Shown: positions 1 to 8,784, counted from the stretch's first letter. The stretch: DNA of 44,209 nucleotides from Patescibacteria group bacterium (GCA_023473545.1 JAMCXO010000013.1:1-44209); one strand, 5' to 3'. Program-made: numbers and translations. Notes: generated by a model not told the origin, from the letters alone.

Positions 1-123
1 CCAACAGACAAACAGATAGAATAATTGTCCAATTAATTCTCGTTAAAAAACTTTGGTCAATAAGCGTTGACCATATCGAATGCAGGATGAGAAAAAAAGA
101 AGAAACAAAGATTAGTATGGCTG

Positions 124-324
124 TTGGAGCTATCATTGGTGCTTGGATTCTGGCCTGTTAGTTCCACGGTCATTGCCATATTTCTTACGGGATTTTTCTA
201 TATTATTGTGGGTATATCGCAGGTGTGGCTGGACAGGAGGCTTTTTAAAGGAGTGATATGGGAGTATATTTGGGTCGGCACCATAGCTTTTTGCCTATTA
301 ATGCTTTCTACTTTTATTGGTTGA
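124..324 (+). CDS. 3' part of a multi-pass membrane protein; true 5' part appears inverted at 1-127
   Basis: Hydrophobic ORF ELSLVLGFWP...VWLDRRLF...WEY. The reverse complement of 1-127 joins it in frame and adds PTAILIFVSSFFLILHSIWSTLIDQSFLTRINWTIILSVCLL. Confidence 0.65.
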   Translation: MELSLVLGFWPVSSTVIAIFLTGFFYIIVGISQVWLDRRLFKGVIWEYIWVGTIAFCLLMLSTFIG

Positions 325-433
325 GTTCTTGCTGATTTTGTCTTCAAAAAGTTTTTGGGAAAGAGAAAAAGGGAAGGGAAGAGGGTATTCATTTTTTCAT
401 TCATATTAGCAGACTTTATGCTTTATTGCTTGA

Positions 434-513
434 TATAGTTTTATATAGTTAATATTATAGGATTATTTATAGCTTTTATAGTTTTGTGGATAACTATTTT
501 TCACAGCTTATAG
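434..513. repeat. AT-rich TATAG pentamer array with one perfect DnaA box
   Basis: TATAG at 434, 444, 456, 468, 477 and 509. TGTGGATAA (reverse complement of TTATCCACA) at 485-493. Confidence 0.4.
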
Positions 514-604
514 GTCTACTTTTCACGGATAAAGACCCGGGCTAGAGCCTATCTCAATCAAAACCGTTACCCCTCGTAGGCATTCAGGAGTTTCCAAAAC
601 CGCC

Positions 605-670
605 TCATCGCGAGGCTATTGATGCAGCCGTGGCGATCAGGTGAGATTGCTTCTCTACGCTTGCAATGAC
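605..670. repeat. REP-like palindromic element (GTCATTGCGAG...CTCGCAATGAC type), degenerate
   Basis: TCATCGCGAG...GTGGCGATC-AGGTGA-GATTGCTTC...CTTGCAATGAC forms nested imperfect inverted repeats matching a widespread small palindromic repeat class. Confidence 0.6.
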
Positions 671-972
671 GATTTTAATGAGCCCGCGTTAGCAGTAAGA
701 CTTGAAAAAAATACGAAAACGTTTTTTAAGGAGTTTTGAGGCTAAAATTTAATGTTTAGGTTGATAAATCAAGCTAAATTGTGATCGTCGGTAAAAAAGG
801 GAGGGGCTTTTCATATCGTTTTCGGCCTGCGATTTTGTTATATTGAATAGGTTTTAGCCTTTTTTCATTTTTAGAGATTCATAATGCGGGTAATTTACTT
901 GGGTCTCGCCTACGCAATACGTCCTGGATTTAAAATATAAGGCAGTTGTGAACCGGGGAGCCTGGAATTACT

Positions 973-1000
973 ACGACGCACAATAATACTTTTGCGACAT
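973..1000. other. candidate dif-like Xer recombination site
   Basis: ACGACGCACAA-TAATAC-TTTTGCGACAT has 11-6-11 geometry with imperfectly inverted arms and lies 1.4 kb upstream of a Xer recombinase gene. Confidence 0.35.
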
Positions 1001-1195
1001 GAAAAAGATCGTAGCCTGGGGAAGTAACTGTTTGGTTAGTTTTCTTAATTCTTAAATTTTATAAGTCTTTAATTAGTAAAGGTCTAATGTTTACCCTATC
1101 CTTTTGCGCAATTTCGCCTTACGCGCAGATATCTACTACTATAGGATTTTGGCGATAAAGGTAGCCCTAGCACCCTTCTTAGCCACATTCTAATA

Positions 1196-1236
1196 TTGAC
1201 AATTAACTTGACAATTAACTTGACAATTTCTATAAT
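1196..1236 (+). promoter_or_regulatory. sigma70 promoter of fic with three tandem TTGACAATTAAC-type repeats (likely operator)
   Basis: TTGACA at 1196, 1208 and 1220 (12-bp period). TTGACA(1208)-17 nt-TATAAT(1231-1236), with ATG 6 nt later. Confidence 0.8.
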
Positions 1237-1242
1237 AGAACC

Positions 1243-2250
1243 ATGTTTACTCCTAAATTTACCCTTACGCCAAAACTGCTTACGAACCTAACCGAAATTG
1301 AGCGTTTTTACGGTCAGCTTGAGGGGATAAGGATCCCAAAACAACTGGAGTTAAATCTTGAAAGAACTAATCTGATAGAATCCTCCTATGCGTCAAATAG
1401 TATCGAAGGAAATCCTCTGTCGGTAGGAGAGGTAACAAATTTACTTTTAAATGACCGTGTGCCGACAAACAGAAGCGAAAAGGAAGTTGTGAATTATTTT
1501 TTAATTCTTAAAAACCTTGAAGAGAGAAAAAATGAGGCGTTTGATCTTGCGGTCATACTTGCTATCCATAAACAGCTTTTAGATGGCGTAAATGATGATA
1601 TAAAAGGAAAAATTCGAAATGTGCCGATTATTGTCGGCAAAAGACAGCCGGATCAGATAATTATTAAACATAACCCTTCCCGCCATGATAGAAAAAGTAT
1701 TGAAATCGCTTTAAATCAACTGACCAACTGGCTGGAAAAGACTGATATTTCCTCAATTCTAAAGGCCGGTATTTTTCATCATGAGTTTGTGTATCTTCAC
1801 CCTTTTGAAGACGGAAACGGAAGGGTTTGCCGACTCTTAACGGCTCTGATTCTGCTTTCGGCTGATTATCGGATAAACAAATACTTTGTTTTGGATGATT
1901 ACTATGACGTTGACAGAAGTCTTTATTCCGATTCTCTTCACAGCGCCGATTGGGGCGATAAAACCAACTGGCTGGAATATTTCACGGATGGAGTAAAATA
2001 CTCCCTTCAAAGCGCCCTGGGACGGGTTCGGGAAGATGTCGCCAAGCTCTCGTTAGATATAAGACCGTCGCCAAAAGAGCATCAGGCGCTGGAAATTGCA
2101 AGGCAGTATAAAGAACTGACATCTTCCGATTTGGTAAAAGAATTAAATATAACCAGACAGCAAGCTTTTAACCTGCTGAAATCACTTACCGAAAAAGGAT
2201 TCCTGGAGAAAAAAGGCGCAACTAAAAGCAGTTTCTATATTTTGAGATAA
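1243..2250 (+). CDS. Fic family protein (class II-like) with C-terminal winged HTH
   Basis: Canonical HPFEDGNGRVCR motif, N-terminal inhibitory SNSIEGN, C-terminal LTSSDLVKELNITRQQAFNLLKSL HTH. Confidence 0.9.
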   Translation: MFTPKFTLTPKLLTNLTEIERFYGQLEGIRIPKQLELNLERTNLIESSYASNSIEGNPLSVGEVTNLLLNDRVPTNRSEKEVVNYFLILKNLEERKNEAFDLAVILAIHKQLLDGVNDDIKGKIRNVPIIVGKRQPDQIIIKHNPSRHDRKSIEIALNQLTNWLEKTDISSILKAGIFHHEFVYLHPFEDGNGRVCRLLTALILLSADYRINKYFVLDDYYDVDRSLYSDSLHSADWGDKTNWLEYFTDGVKYSLQSALGRVREDVAKLSLDIRPSPKEHQALEIARQYKELTSSDLVKELNITRQQAFNLLKSLTEKGFLEKKGATKSSFYILR

Positions 2251-2313
2251 TCCGGGCTTGAAATTTTAATTAACTTCAACTGAATCATTTTTTGATCCTG
2301 TTTTACAGCCGGG

Positions 2314-2341
2314 TTGACAAAAATAGTCAATGCCGTACAAT
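2314..2341 (+). promoter_or_regulatory. sigma70-like promoter of the Xer gene overlapped by a TTGAC-N7-GTCAA palindrome
   Basis: TTGACA 2314-2319, 16 nt, TACAAT 2336-2341; GTCAA at 2326-2330. Confidence 0.5.
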
Positions 2342-2376
2342 TAGATTGTAAACATTTGCGCGCCGCAATTTGTCTT

Positions 2377-3312
2377 ATGCAAAATAATTCCTTAGCGGAG
2401 CTGATTAATCAATTTCTGGAATATCTCAAGATAGAGCGAAACGCCTCGAAACTTACGATTCGCGACTACAGGCATTATCTGGAAACTTTTAACAACTGGT
2501 TCTCCTCTGCCCTGCCCGGTAAATCAATAGAAAAGCTGGATCTTGCTACTGTCCGTAAATACAGGGTTTTTTTATCGGAGAGGGTTGATGCAAAAGGCCT
2601 AACCCTAAAGCGCGTAACCCAAAATTACTATGTGATCGCTCTTAGATCCTTTCTTCGCTTTCTCATCAAAAACGATTATAAAACCCTGGAGCCGTCAAAA
2701 ATAGATCTGCCCAAAACAGAGAGCCGGAGCCTGAAATTTTTGGAAAAAGAACAGGTTGATCGGCTGGTTACGGAGTGCGACACCTCAAGAGAGGATGGAA
2801 AAAGGGACCGGGCGATTCTGGAACTTCTTTTCTCCACCGGCCTTCGCGTTTCGGAATTGGTTAAGCTCAACCGGGAGCAGATTAATTTGGAAAGGCGGGA
2901 GTTTGGGGTGATCGGCAAAGGAGGCAGGGCCAGGGTGGTTTTTATCTCGGACAGGGCGGCCGAGTGGATCAAGCGTTATATCCAAGAGCGCAAAGACAAT
3001 TTCAAGCCTTTGTTTATCCGCTATTCGGGAAGGCAATTGGAGGAAAATAACGGAGAGAAAATGCGCTTAACTGCCAGAAGCATCGAGCGGATTGTCAAAA
3101 AATACGTTCATCTGGCAAGGCTTCCGGTTGATGCGACAACCCACACTTTAAGGCATAGCTTTGCCACGGATTTGCTGACAAACGGGGCGGATATCCGCTC
3201 TGTCCAGGAAATGCTTGGGCACAAAAATATCGCCACAACCCAGATTTACACCCATGTTACAAACAAACAGCTTAGAGAAGTCCACGAGGCCTTTCATTCC
3301 GGAAATAAGTAG
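2377..3312 (+). CDS. XerC/XerD-family tyrosine recombinase
   Basis: Complete catalytic set: TGLRVSE (R), GKGG (K), HTLRHSFAT (HxxR), MLGH, TTQIYTH (Y). Start placed at ATG 2377 because the upstream TTG lies inside the -35 box. Confidence 0.92.
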   Translation: MQNNSLAELINQFLEYLKIERNASKLTIRDYRHYLETFNNWFSSALPGKSIEKLDLATVRKYRVFLSERVDAKGLTLKRVTQNYYVIALRSFLRFLIKNDYKTLEPSKIDLPKTESRSLKFLEKEQVDRLVTECDTSREDGKRDRAILELLFSTGLRVSELVKLNREQINLERREFGVIGKGGRARVVFISDRAAEWIKRYIQERKDNFKPLFIRYSGRQLEENNGEKMRLTARSIERIVKKYVHLARLPVDATTHTLRHSFATDLLTNGADIRSVQEMLGHKNIATTQIYTHVTNKQLREVHEAFHSGNK

Positions 3313-3324
3313 TTGGCGTAGCTT

Positions 3325-3999
3325 TTAATTTCCTTGACATTTTAAAATATCTTTTTCGAGACTCTTTGCTTCTTGTAGCCAAAATGCTTCACATTCTTTA
3401 AAATCAAACGGGATAAGCATGTGGGGATAATCTTCTCTTTCTCGAACCAGTATCATTTTTGATCCTAATTCCACAGAATCGACATACCAGTCAAATTTAC
3501 TTCTTGCCTGCAATCGCAAATCGTTAATTGTCCATCCTGTTTTTTGAATAATGCAATAAAGATCAATAAAATCCCGTGTGCGTGGTTTCGTTGCGATAGT
3601 TTGCAGTTTATTGATTGCAATGTCCCGCATGCTGTCAAGTGCGAGATTTTTATAAAATAGCTTTTTATCAATCCTTGGAAAGGGATAATAATTGAAGTCA
3701 ATTTTTAATAATTCTTTATTTTTACGTAAAAGGAATATATGAAGCCCCATTTGTACCCGATACTCTATATTGGTAAGTTTCAATTTTGCGGTAAGTTTTT
3801 TGATAAATCCCTGGATAAACGTTGGATTGAACTCTTCTTCACTAAAAAAATCAAGATCTTCAGAGAGCCGATGGCGCAAATGAAATTCTGCCAGTGCTGT
3901 CCCGCCGGTAAGATAGAATTGTTTAACAAGAATTGGATTATCTGCTACTTCATCCAATACTGTTCGTTGAAATGATGTCAGGATAGTTTTGGCGGCCAT
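3325..3999 (-). CDS. AbiEii/AbiGii-like nucleotidyltransferase (type IV TA toxin-like)
   Basis: LTGGTALAEFHLRHRLSEDLDF motif and downstream K...R.RDFIDL. Confidence 0.85.
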   Translation of the reverse strand: MAAKTILTSFQRTVLDEVADNPILVKQFYLTGGTALAEFHLRHRLSEDLDFFSEEEFNPTFIQGFIKKLTAKLKLTNIEYRVQMGLHIFLLRKNKELLKIDFNYYPFPRIDKKLFYKNLALDSMRDIAINKLQTIATKPRTRDFIDLYCIIQKTGWTINDLRLQARSKFDWYVDSVELGSKMILVREREDYPHMLIPFDFKECEAFWLQEAKSLEKDILKCQGN

Positions 4000-4184
4000 A
4001 GCAAGAACTGTAAAAATTTTCTATATTGCGGTTCGATAGTTATTCTATCCCAGTATGTTATTAATTCGTTTCTGTCTATTTTTTCTCCATCAAGACCATA
4101 ATTAATAAGCTGTTCCAGTTTCCATATAGTGTATTTTTCAGGATTCTTTTTAAGTTGTGCCGTATCGGTATTCCAGTTATACAT
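3978..4184 (-). CDS. small putative antitoxin partner of the AbiEii-like gene
   Basis: 68 aa (WKLEQLINYGL), overlaps the toxin start by 22 nt, TATAAT 7 nt upstream of its ATG. Confidence 0.7.
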   Translation of the reverse strand: MYNWNTDTAQLKKNPEKYTIWKLEQLINYGLDGEKIDRNELITYWDRITIEPQYRKFLQFLLWPPKLS

Positions 4185-4233
4185 AAACTGTATTATATCG
4201 CTTTTTTGCCTTAAAGTCTAAACTTAAAGTTTT

Positions 4234-4494
4234 CTATTTATTTGAATTCAGAAAATCGTCAGTGATTTTCCTGTTCCGCGCGACTTCCGCGGGGTTCTCC
4301 GGACGATAGTAGGATGAATCATCAGGGTCAGAATCGACTTCGGTAATGCCAAAGCGTTCCTCAAACTCCTCTAGCGTCACTGTTTTCGCCTCCGCAGACT
4401 TAAGGAACTCCCGAGCTTACGCCTGATGAGGCGGCGCCTCGCGGATTATTATTGGAAGACCAAGTGTTTCGACAATCCGTTCTTTCAAACTCAT
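4234..4494 (-). pseudogene. 86-codon hypothetical gene interrupted by one in-frame TAA
   Basis: AAAGGAGG SD at 4510-4503, ATG 4494, MSLKERIVETLGLPIIIREAPPHQA*AREFLKSAEAKTVTLEEFEERFG...; TAA at 4419-4417, TAG at 4236-4234. Confidence 0.65.
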
Positions 4495-4541
4495 AATTTA
4501 AACCTCCTTTCTTATGATTTCTCAAATACAAATGATAGGAT

Positions 4542-5636
4542 TTATGGCTTGATAATATTTCCGAACCCGGGTTTGGTCAGCACCTTTCCATATTCGAATA
4601 CTTTTTTTCCCCGTATAAATACTTTGTTCACTTTTCCTTTAATTTTCCATCCCGCAAACGGCGACCAGCCGCATTTGGTATGCAGGTTAGAATTCCGAAT
4701 TAAAAATTCGCAGTTAAGATCAACCTCGCTATAAGTTTGTTTATCGCTTTTAATTCCAAGAATGCGGCCGGGATTTGTATGGCAGAGGCGGATAACTTCT
4801 GCAACCGTTAATCTCTTTTGAGAAACAGCAGTCAGCAAAAACGGGAGGGTTGTTTCCAGGCCGGGTACGCCAAAAGGAGGAGGGTCTTTGCGTTTCTCCT
4901 TTATCGTATGAGGGGCATGATCCGATTCCACGACGTCAACATATTTTAAGTTCTTCCATATAAAGTTCTGATCTTTTTTACTCCTAAGAGGAGGTTTCAT
5001 TTGTCCAAACGGACCAAGTGTTCTAACGTCCTCTTCGGTTAAAAATAAATGATGCGGCGTTACCCCGCAGGTTACCGGCAGATTATTTTCTTTGGCTTTA
5101 ATGATCTGTTTAAGATCCGACGCGGTTGAGATATGGCAAAAATGCGCCTTTGCGCCGGTTTTTTTGACAAGCGAAATCACGTAGTCAACCGCGCTATCTT
5201 CGGCATGTAAAAGAATTGGTTTTTGGCTATATACTCTATCACTATGTAGCGATAGAGTCTGAAGAGACTTCCATGATTTAAATATTTTTTCTAAGTCTGC
5301 TTTCTTGATTAGGAAATTTCCGGTTGTCTCATTGAGATAGAGTTTTAGACCAAAAACCTTATCCTTCACTTTTTCAAATTCATCAATATTTCTCCCCATT
5401 GAGCCGAAATAAAAGCCCAGATCGCAAACTGTTTTTCTTTTGGCAATTTTTATTTTTTCCTCAAGTTTCCGGCTCGCGGTTATTGGGATTTTGTTATTGG
5501 GCATATCTATAATAGCGGTATACCCGCCGGCCAAAGCGGCGCAGGTGCCGGTATAAAAATCTTCTTTGTTGGTTTGTCCGGGGTCCCTCAGATGCACGTG
5601 CAGATCAATTAGTCCCGGCAGTTTAATAATCGCCAT
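4542..5636 (-). CDS. pyrC: dihydroorotase (CAD-like type)
   Basis: LPGLIDLHVHLRDPG..KEDF..GT.AALAGG..DMPN, LKLYL, HAE, HIS, SDHAPH, PGLET motifs. Confidence 0.92.
   Translation of the reverse strand: MAIIKLPGLIDLHVHLRDPGQTNKEDFYTGTCAALAGGYTAIIDMPNNKIPITASRKLEEKIKIAKRKTVCDLGFYFGSMGRNIDEFEKVKDKVFGLKLYLNETTGNFLIKKADLEKIFKSWKSLQTLSLHSDRVYSQKPILLHAEDSAVDYVISLVKKTGAKAHFCHISTASDLKQIIKAKENNLPVTCGVTPHHLFLTEEDVRTLGPFGQMKPPLRSKKDQNFIWKNLKYVDVVESDHAPHTIKEKRKDPPPFGVPGLETTLPFLLTAVSQKRLTVAEVIRLCHTNPGRILGIKSDKQTYSEVDLNCEFLIRNSNLHTKCGWSPFAGWKIKGKVNKVFIRGKKVFEYGKVLTKPGFGNIIKP
5233..5258. repeat. 26-bp palindromic element inside pyrC (in frame)
   Basis: ACTCTATCACTA-TG-TAGCGATAGAGT, arms 11/12 complementary; encodes part of the extra loop SLQTLSLHSDRVYSQ. 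Confidence 0.6.
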
Positions 5637-5639
5637 AGC

Positions 5640-6842
5640 TTAAGGTTTAAAAAACTCTTTATTTTTCAGCTCATCCGGCAAAAACCAAAGATTGCCCTTT
5701 GGCCCAACATATTTTTCCGACCATATATAATCTTTTGCATAACCCAGATTTTTCATCAGCCTTGTCGGCGCGTTTCTTAGATGGAGGGGCACCGAGGCAT
5801 TGGGAAATTCGTAAAAAGCCTCCTTGGCCTTTTCCAGCGCGTTGGGTACAGCCCTTGATTTTTTTGCCAAGGATAGATAAATGCAGATATGAACCAGAAT
5901 AAGCTGGGACTCCGGCATGCCGATTTTATCAACCGCTTCAAACCCGGCGTTTGCCTGAATTAAGGCTCCCCTATCAGCCAAACCTATATCCTCGGAGGCA
6001 AAGATAATCATTCGTCTGGCGATAAACTTTGGGTCTTCTCCGTTTTCGAGCATCCTGACTAAATAGTAAACAGCGGCGTTTGCATCGCCTCCTCGCATTG
6101 ATTTTATAAACGCGCTTACCGTATTATAATGTTCATCCGCTTTTTTGTCGTAGATTCCCTTGGATTTTGTTTGAAATATGTTCTCGATAAGCCTTTCCGT
6201 TATTTCTCTATTTTTATATCCGGTTAGCGCTATTTCTAAGGCGTTTAGCATAACCCTGGCGTCTCCGGCGGATAAGCGAATGAGAAGATTTTTTGCCGTC
6301 TCCGTTATGTTTTTACGGTACTTCCCTACCCCCTTTTCCTTATTTTCCAGAGCATGTATAAGTATTTTGTTCAAATCATCATAGGCTAGGGTTTTGAGCA
6401 GGAAAACCTTGCATCTGGAAAGAAGCGGGCTTATTACCTCAAACGACGGGTTTTCCGTGGTGGCGCCGATTAAAATAATAATGCCTGTCTCAACATATGG
6501 CAGGAGTCCATCCTGCTGGGCCTTATTCCAGCGGTGAATTTCATCCACAAAAAGTATGGTTTTTCTTTTTATTTTTGCATTAGACTCCGCCTTTTTGATA
6601 ACCTTAAGCAATTCCTCTTTTCCGCTGACTACCGCGGAAAGTGTGTAAAAATCCGATTTTGTCGAGGAGGCGATAATAGCCGCAAGCGTAGTTTTGCCGC
6701 TTCCCGGAGGTCCCCAGAGAATCATCGGGAAAGCGGAGCTTGATTCTATCATCCGTCTGATAATTTTGTCTTTCCCAACCAGGTGTTCCTGGCCAAAAAA
6801 TTCATTGAGGCTTTGCGGCCTAAGTCTGTAGGCAAGATTCAT
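5640..6842 (-). CDS. rarA: replication-associated recombination protein A (RarA/MgsA)
   Basis: [65 protein letters not shown]. Start at the second Met, 7 nt after TACAAT. Confidence 0.93.
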   Translation of the reverse strand: MNLAYRLRPQSLNEFFGQEHLVGKDKIIRRMIESSSAFPMILWGPPGSGKTTLAAIIASSTKSDFYTLSAVVSGKEELLKVIKKAESNAKIKRKTILFVDEIHRWNKAQQDGLLPYVETGIIILIGATTENPSFEVISPLLSRCKVFLLKTLAYDDLNKILIHALENKEKGVGKYRKNITETAKNLLIRLSAGDARVMLNALEIALTGYKNREITERLIENIFQTKSKGIYDKKADEHYNTVSAFIKSMRGGDANAAVYYLVRMLENGEDPKFIARRMIIFASEDIGLADRGALIQANAGFEAVDKIGMPESQLILVHICIYLSLAKKSRAVPNALEKAKEAFYEFPNASVPLHLRNAPTRLMKNLGYAKDYIWSEKYVGPKGNLWFLPDELKNKEFFKP

Positions 6843-6900
6843 TGAGAATATTGTAGCATGTACCGGCAAGATATTGCCGGCCTTTATGGGTTTGGCGGAT

Positions 6901-7548
6901 TTAGTCGGCGCGGTTTGCGTTTATGGGGATTATCTTTTCCGCGTCTTTTAGCGTCTGTTTAATTGTGTCCATTTCGGATTGATCGTTATTCCTGTGATCA
7001 TTGCCCCGGGTATTTCCGCTCTTCTCGCCTGTTTTTTCTTGGGTCGCGGCTTTGCGGATTTCTTTTGGTTCTTTTTTGGCGGAAATACCTTGGGGATTTG
7101 ACTTTTCCCGCGTTTTTTCACTTTCCCGGTTTGGGGTGGGAGTGGCGCTATTTGTTGAGGCGGCCGAAGCGGAGCTTTGCGGGGTATTCTGGGTTTCTTC
7201 TTTTTTTAACAGTTTAGGGGCGTTTTCGGTTTTTATTTGCGTTTGATAGGCGTTGAACAAACTGTTTCCTATTCTAGATGGTAAATTTTCTATCTGATTT
7301 TTATAAAAAAGCGCCGCGTTGGTGTCTTTGTTTGTGGCTTTTAAAAGAATAGTTCCCGATACCGCGATAAGGAGTATTGCCAAGGCGGCAGTCATGGCAT
7401 AGCGTAGCAAGACCGCCCGTTTCACGCCTATTCTTTCGTTTTCAATTCTTTGTTTTAGTTTTAGAAAGCCGGTTTTTTTGAATTCCCGGCCGGGTTCTAT
7501 GGCAGAATAAGCCCTCTTGAGATTTTTTAATTTTTCCTCAATTTTCAT
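6901..7548 (-). CDS. putative membrane-anchored anti-sigma factor
   Basis: Overlaps the ECF sigma stop; short N-terminal cytoplasmic part, one TM helix (AMTAALAILLIAVSGTILL), low-complexity C-terminus. Confidence 0.65.
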   Translation of the reverse strand: MKIEEKLKNLKRAYSAIEPGREFKKTGFLKLKQRIENERIGVKRAVLLRYAMTAALAILLIAVSGTILLKATNKDTNAALFYKNQIENLPSRIGNSLFNAYQTQIKTENAPKLLKKEETQNTPQSSASAASTNSATPTPNRESEKTREKSNPQGISAKKEPKEIRKAATQEKTGEKSGNTRGNDHRNNDQSEMDTIKQTLKDAEKIIPINANRAD

Positions 7549-8080
7549 GATTAATAATTTCTTCTCTCATAACCTTAAGTATTCTATGCAAACTAACCCT
7601 TACGGTGGCCTCTTTTTTTCCGACAATCCTGCCGATTTCCGCAAACGATAATTCCTCAAAGAATCTAAGGATGATGATATTTTTTTCTTTCTCCTTAAGT
7701 TTCGATAACGCCTTTAGCAATAATTGATTTTCTTCCTGTCTGATAACATTTTTATCTATTTCTATATTATCTGCTAACTGGTGGTCTTCTACCAGCTCAA
7801 GCGAAACTTGTTTTTTCTTTCTGGTCCAGTCAATGGTAATATTTCTGGCGATGGTGAATAAAAAAGACACGAAAGATCCTCTCTTCTGCGAAAACGAGGA
7901 TATATTCTTCCAGCACCTAAGAAATGTTTCCTGGGTGAGATCTTCGGCCGCTTCGCGATTTCTAATAGAAAAATAGATATACCGGTATATCCTGGAGAGA
8001 AACAAATCGTAAATTTTCCCAAAAGCTTCATTATCCCCTTCCCTGGCCTTCTCTATCAGTTTTTTAAGGTCAGAATCCAT
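7538..8080 (-). CDS. ECF sigma-70 factor
   Basis: GDNEAF..IY..F..RIYRY, AEDLTQETF, FLFTIARN, region 4 LSFAEIG..VGK....VRVSLHR. Confidence 0.93.
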   Translation of the reverse strand: MDSDLKKLIEKAREGDNEAFGKIYDLFLSRIYRYIYFSIRNREAAEDLTQETFLRCWKNISSFSQKRGSFVSFLFTIARNITIDWTRKKKQVSLELVEDHQLADNIEIDKNVIRQEENQLLLKALSKLKEKEKNIIILRFFEELSFAEIGRIVGKKEATVRVSLHRILKVMREEIINHEN

Positions 8081-8125
8081 GGATCCATTATATAATATAA
8101 CTTCTATATAATAGAATCCCTATCG

Positions 8126-8178
8126 TTATTACGCATAAGAGGCTATTTTGTAACAAAATTTATTTAGATTCGTAATAA
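8126..8178. promoter_or_regulatory. symmetric bidirectional ECF-type promoter
   Basis: + strand: GTAAC(8150-8154)-N16-CGTAATAA(8171-8178). - strand: GTTAC(8154-8150)-N16-CGTAATAA(8133-8126). Confidence 0.7.
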
Positions 8179-8186
8179 TATCAGAT

Positions 8187-8771
8187 ATGAAAAAATTTAA
8201 ATCGGTCAGTTTTATACCTACTATTATTATAACTTTATTTTTCCTTTTGTTTTGGCTTTTGCCTTCTGTCTCTTTTGCCCAAGGACAGGAAGATGGCATC
8301 CACTCTTCTTTTAAGGCAGGAGGCGATGTTGGCGTCTCGGATTTGAAGGCTGAGACTGAGAATAATTTAGAGGTGGATGCCGATTCTCAGCAAACAAGTT
8401 TTATTAGAGGCACAATAAGCGCCTTGTCGGGTAATTCATTTGTGGTAGGAGGAAAAACGACTATTGTTATAGATCCTTCAAAGGTAGCGGAATTTAGTCA
8501 AAAGGGAAACCTGGCAGTCGGCTCAAGGGTTAAGGTTAGTTTTGTGTCCCAGAACGGTGTGAACTACGCCAAAGAAATAAACGTGATAGGAACAGGACAG
8601 GGAAGATTCCAGATAAAAATGAATGAACCTTCCGAAAATTCTTCATCTGACAATTTGAGTTCTTCTTCTAATGCCAATGTTAATTTTAGCTCTAAAGTGG
8701 CAGGACATGTCAGCGGCATTGCCGCGTTTTTCCAGGAATTAGTGAATGCCTTTGCGTCAATTAAAATATGA
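8187..8771 (+). CDS. exported protein with a DUF5666-like domain, probable ECF target
   Basis: Signal peptide ending SVSFA; IRGTISALSGNSFVVGG.TIVID....F.....LAVGSRVKV.......AKEI pattern. Confidence 0.7.
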   Translation: MKKFKSVSFIPTIIITLFFLLFWLLPSVSFAQGQEDGIHSSFKAGGDVGVSDLKAETENNLEVDADSQQTSFIRGTISALSGNSFVVGGKTTIVIDPSKVAEFSQKGNLAVGSRVKVSFVSQNGVNYAKEINVIGTGQGRFQIKMNEPSENSSSDNLSSSSNANVNFSSKVAGHVSGIAAFFQELVNAFASIKI

Positions 8772-8784
8772 GGGGGTGAGTAGA

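Noticed and set aside
1196..1230. CRISPR array or iterons
   Set aside because: Only three 12-bp units without spacers; explained as promoter/operator. No CRISPR array or cas gene is seen in the window.
2377..3312. Integron integrase or prophage integrase
   Set aside because: No IntI-specific insertion is evident, and there is no attC array or phage gene; motifs fit a housekeeping Xer.
4417..4419. Stop-codon reassignment (code 25 or similar)
   Set aside because: The internal stop is TAA, and TGA, TAG and TAA all terminate conserved genes in this window.
6863..6880. Hairpin CCGGCAA-GATA-TTGCCGG as a terminator of the sigma/anti-sigma operon
   Set aside because: No U-tract on the minus strand; function unsupported.
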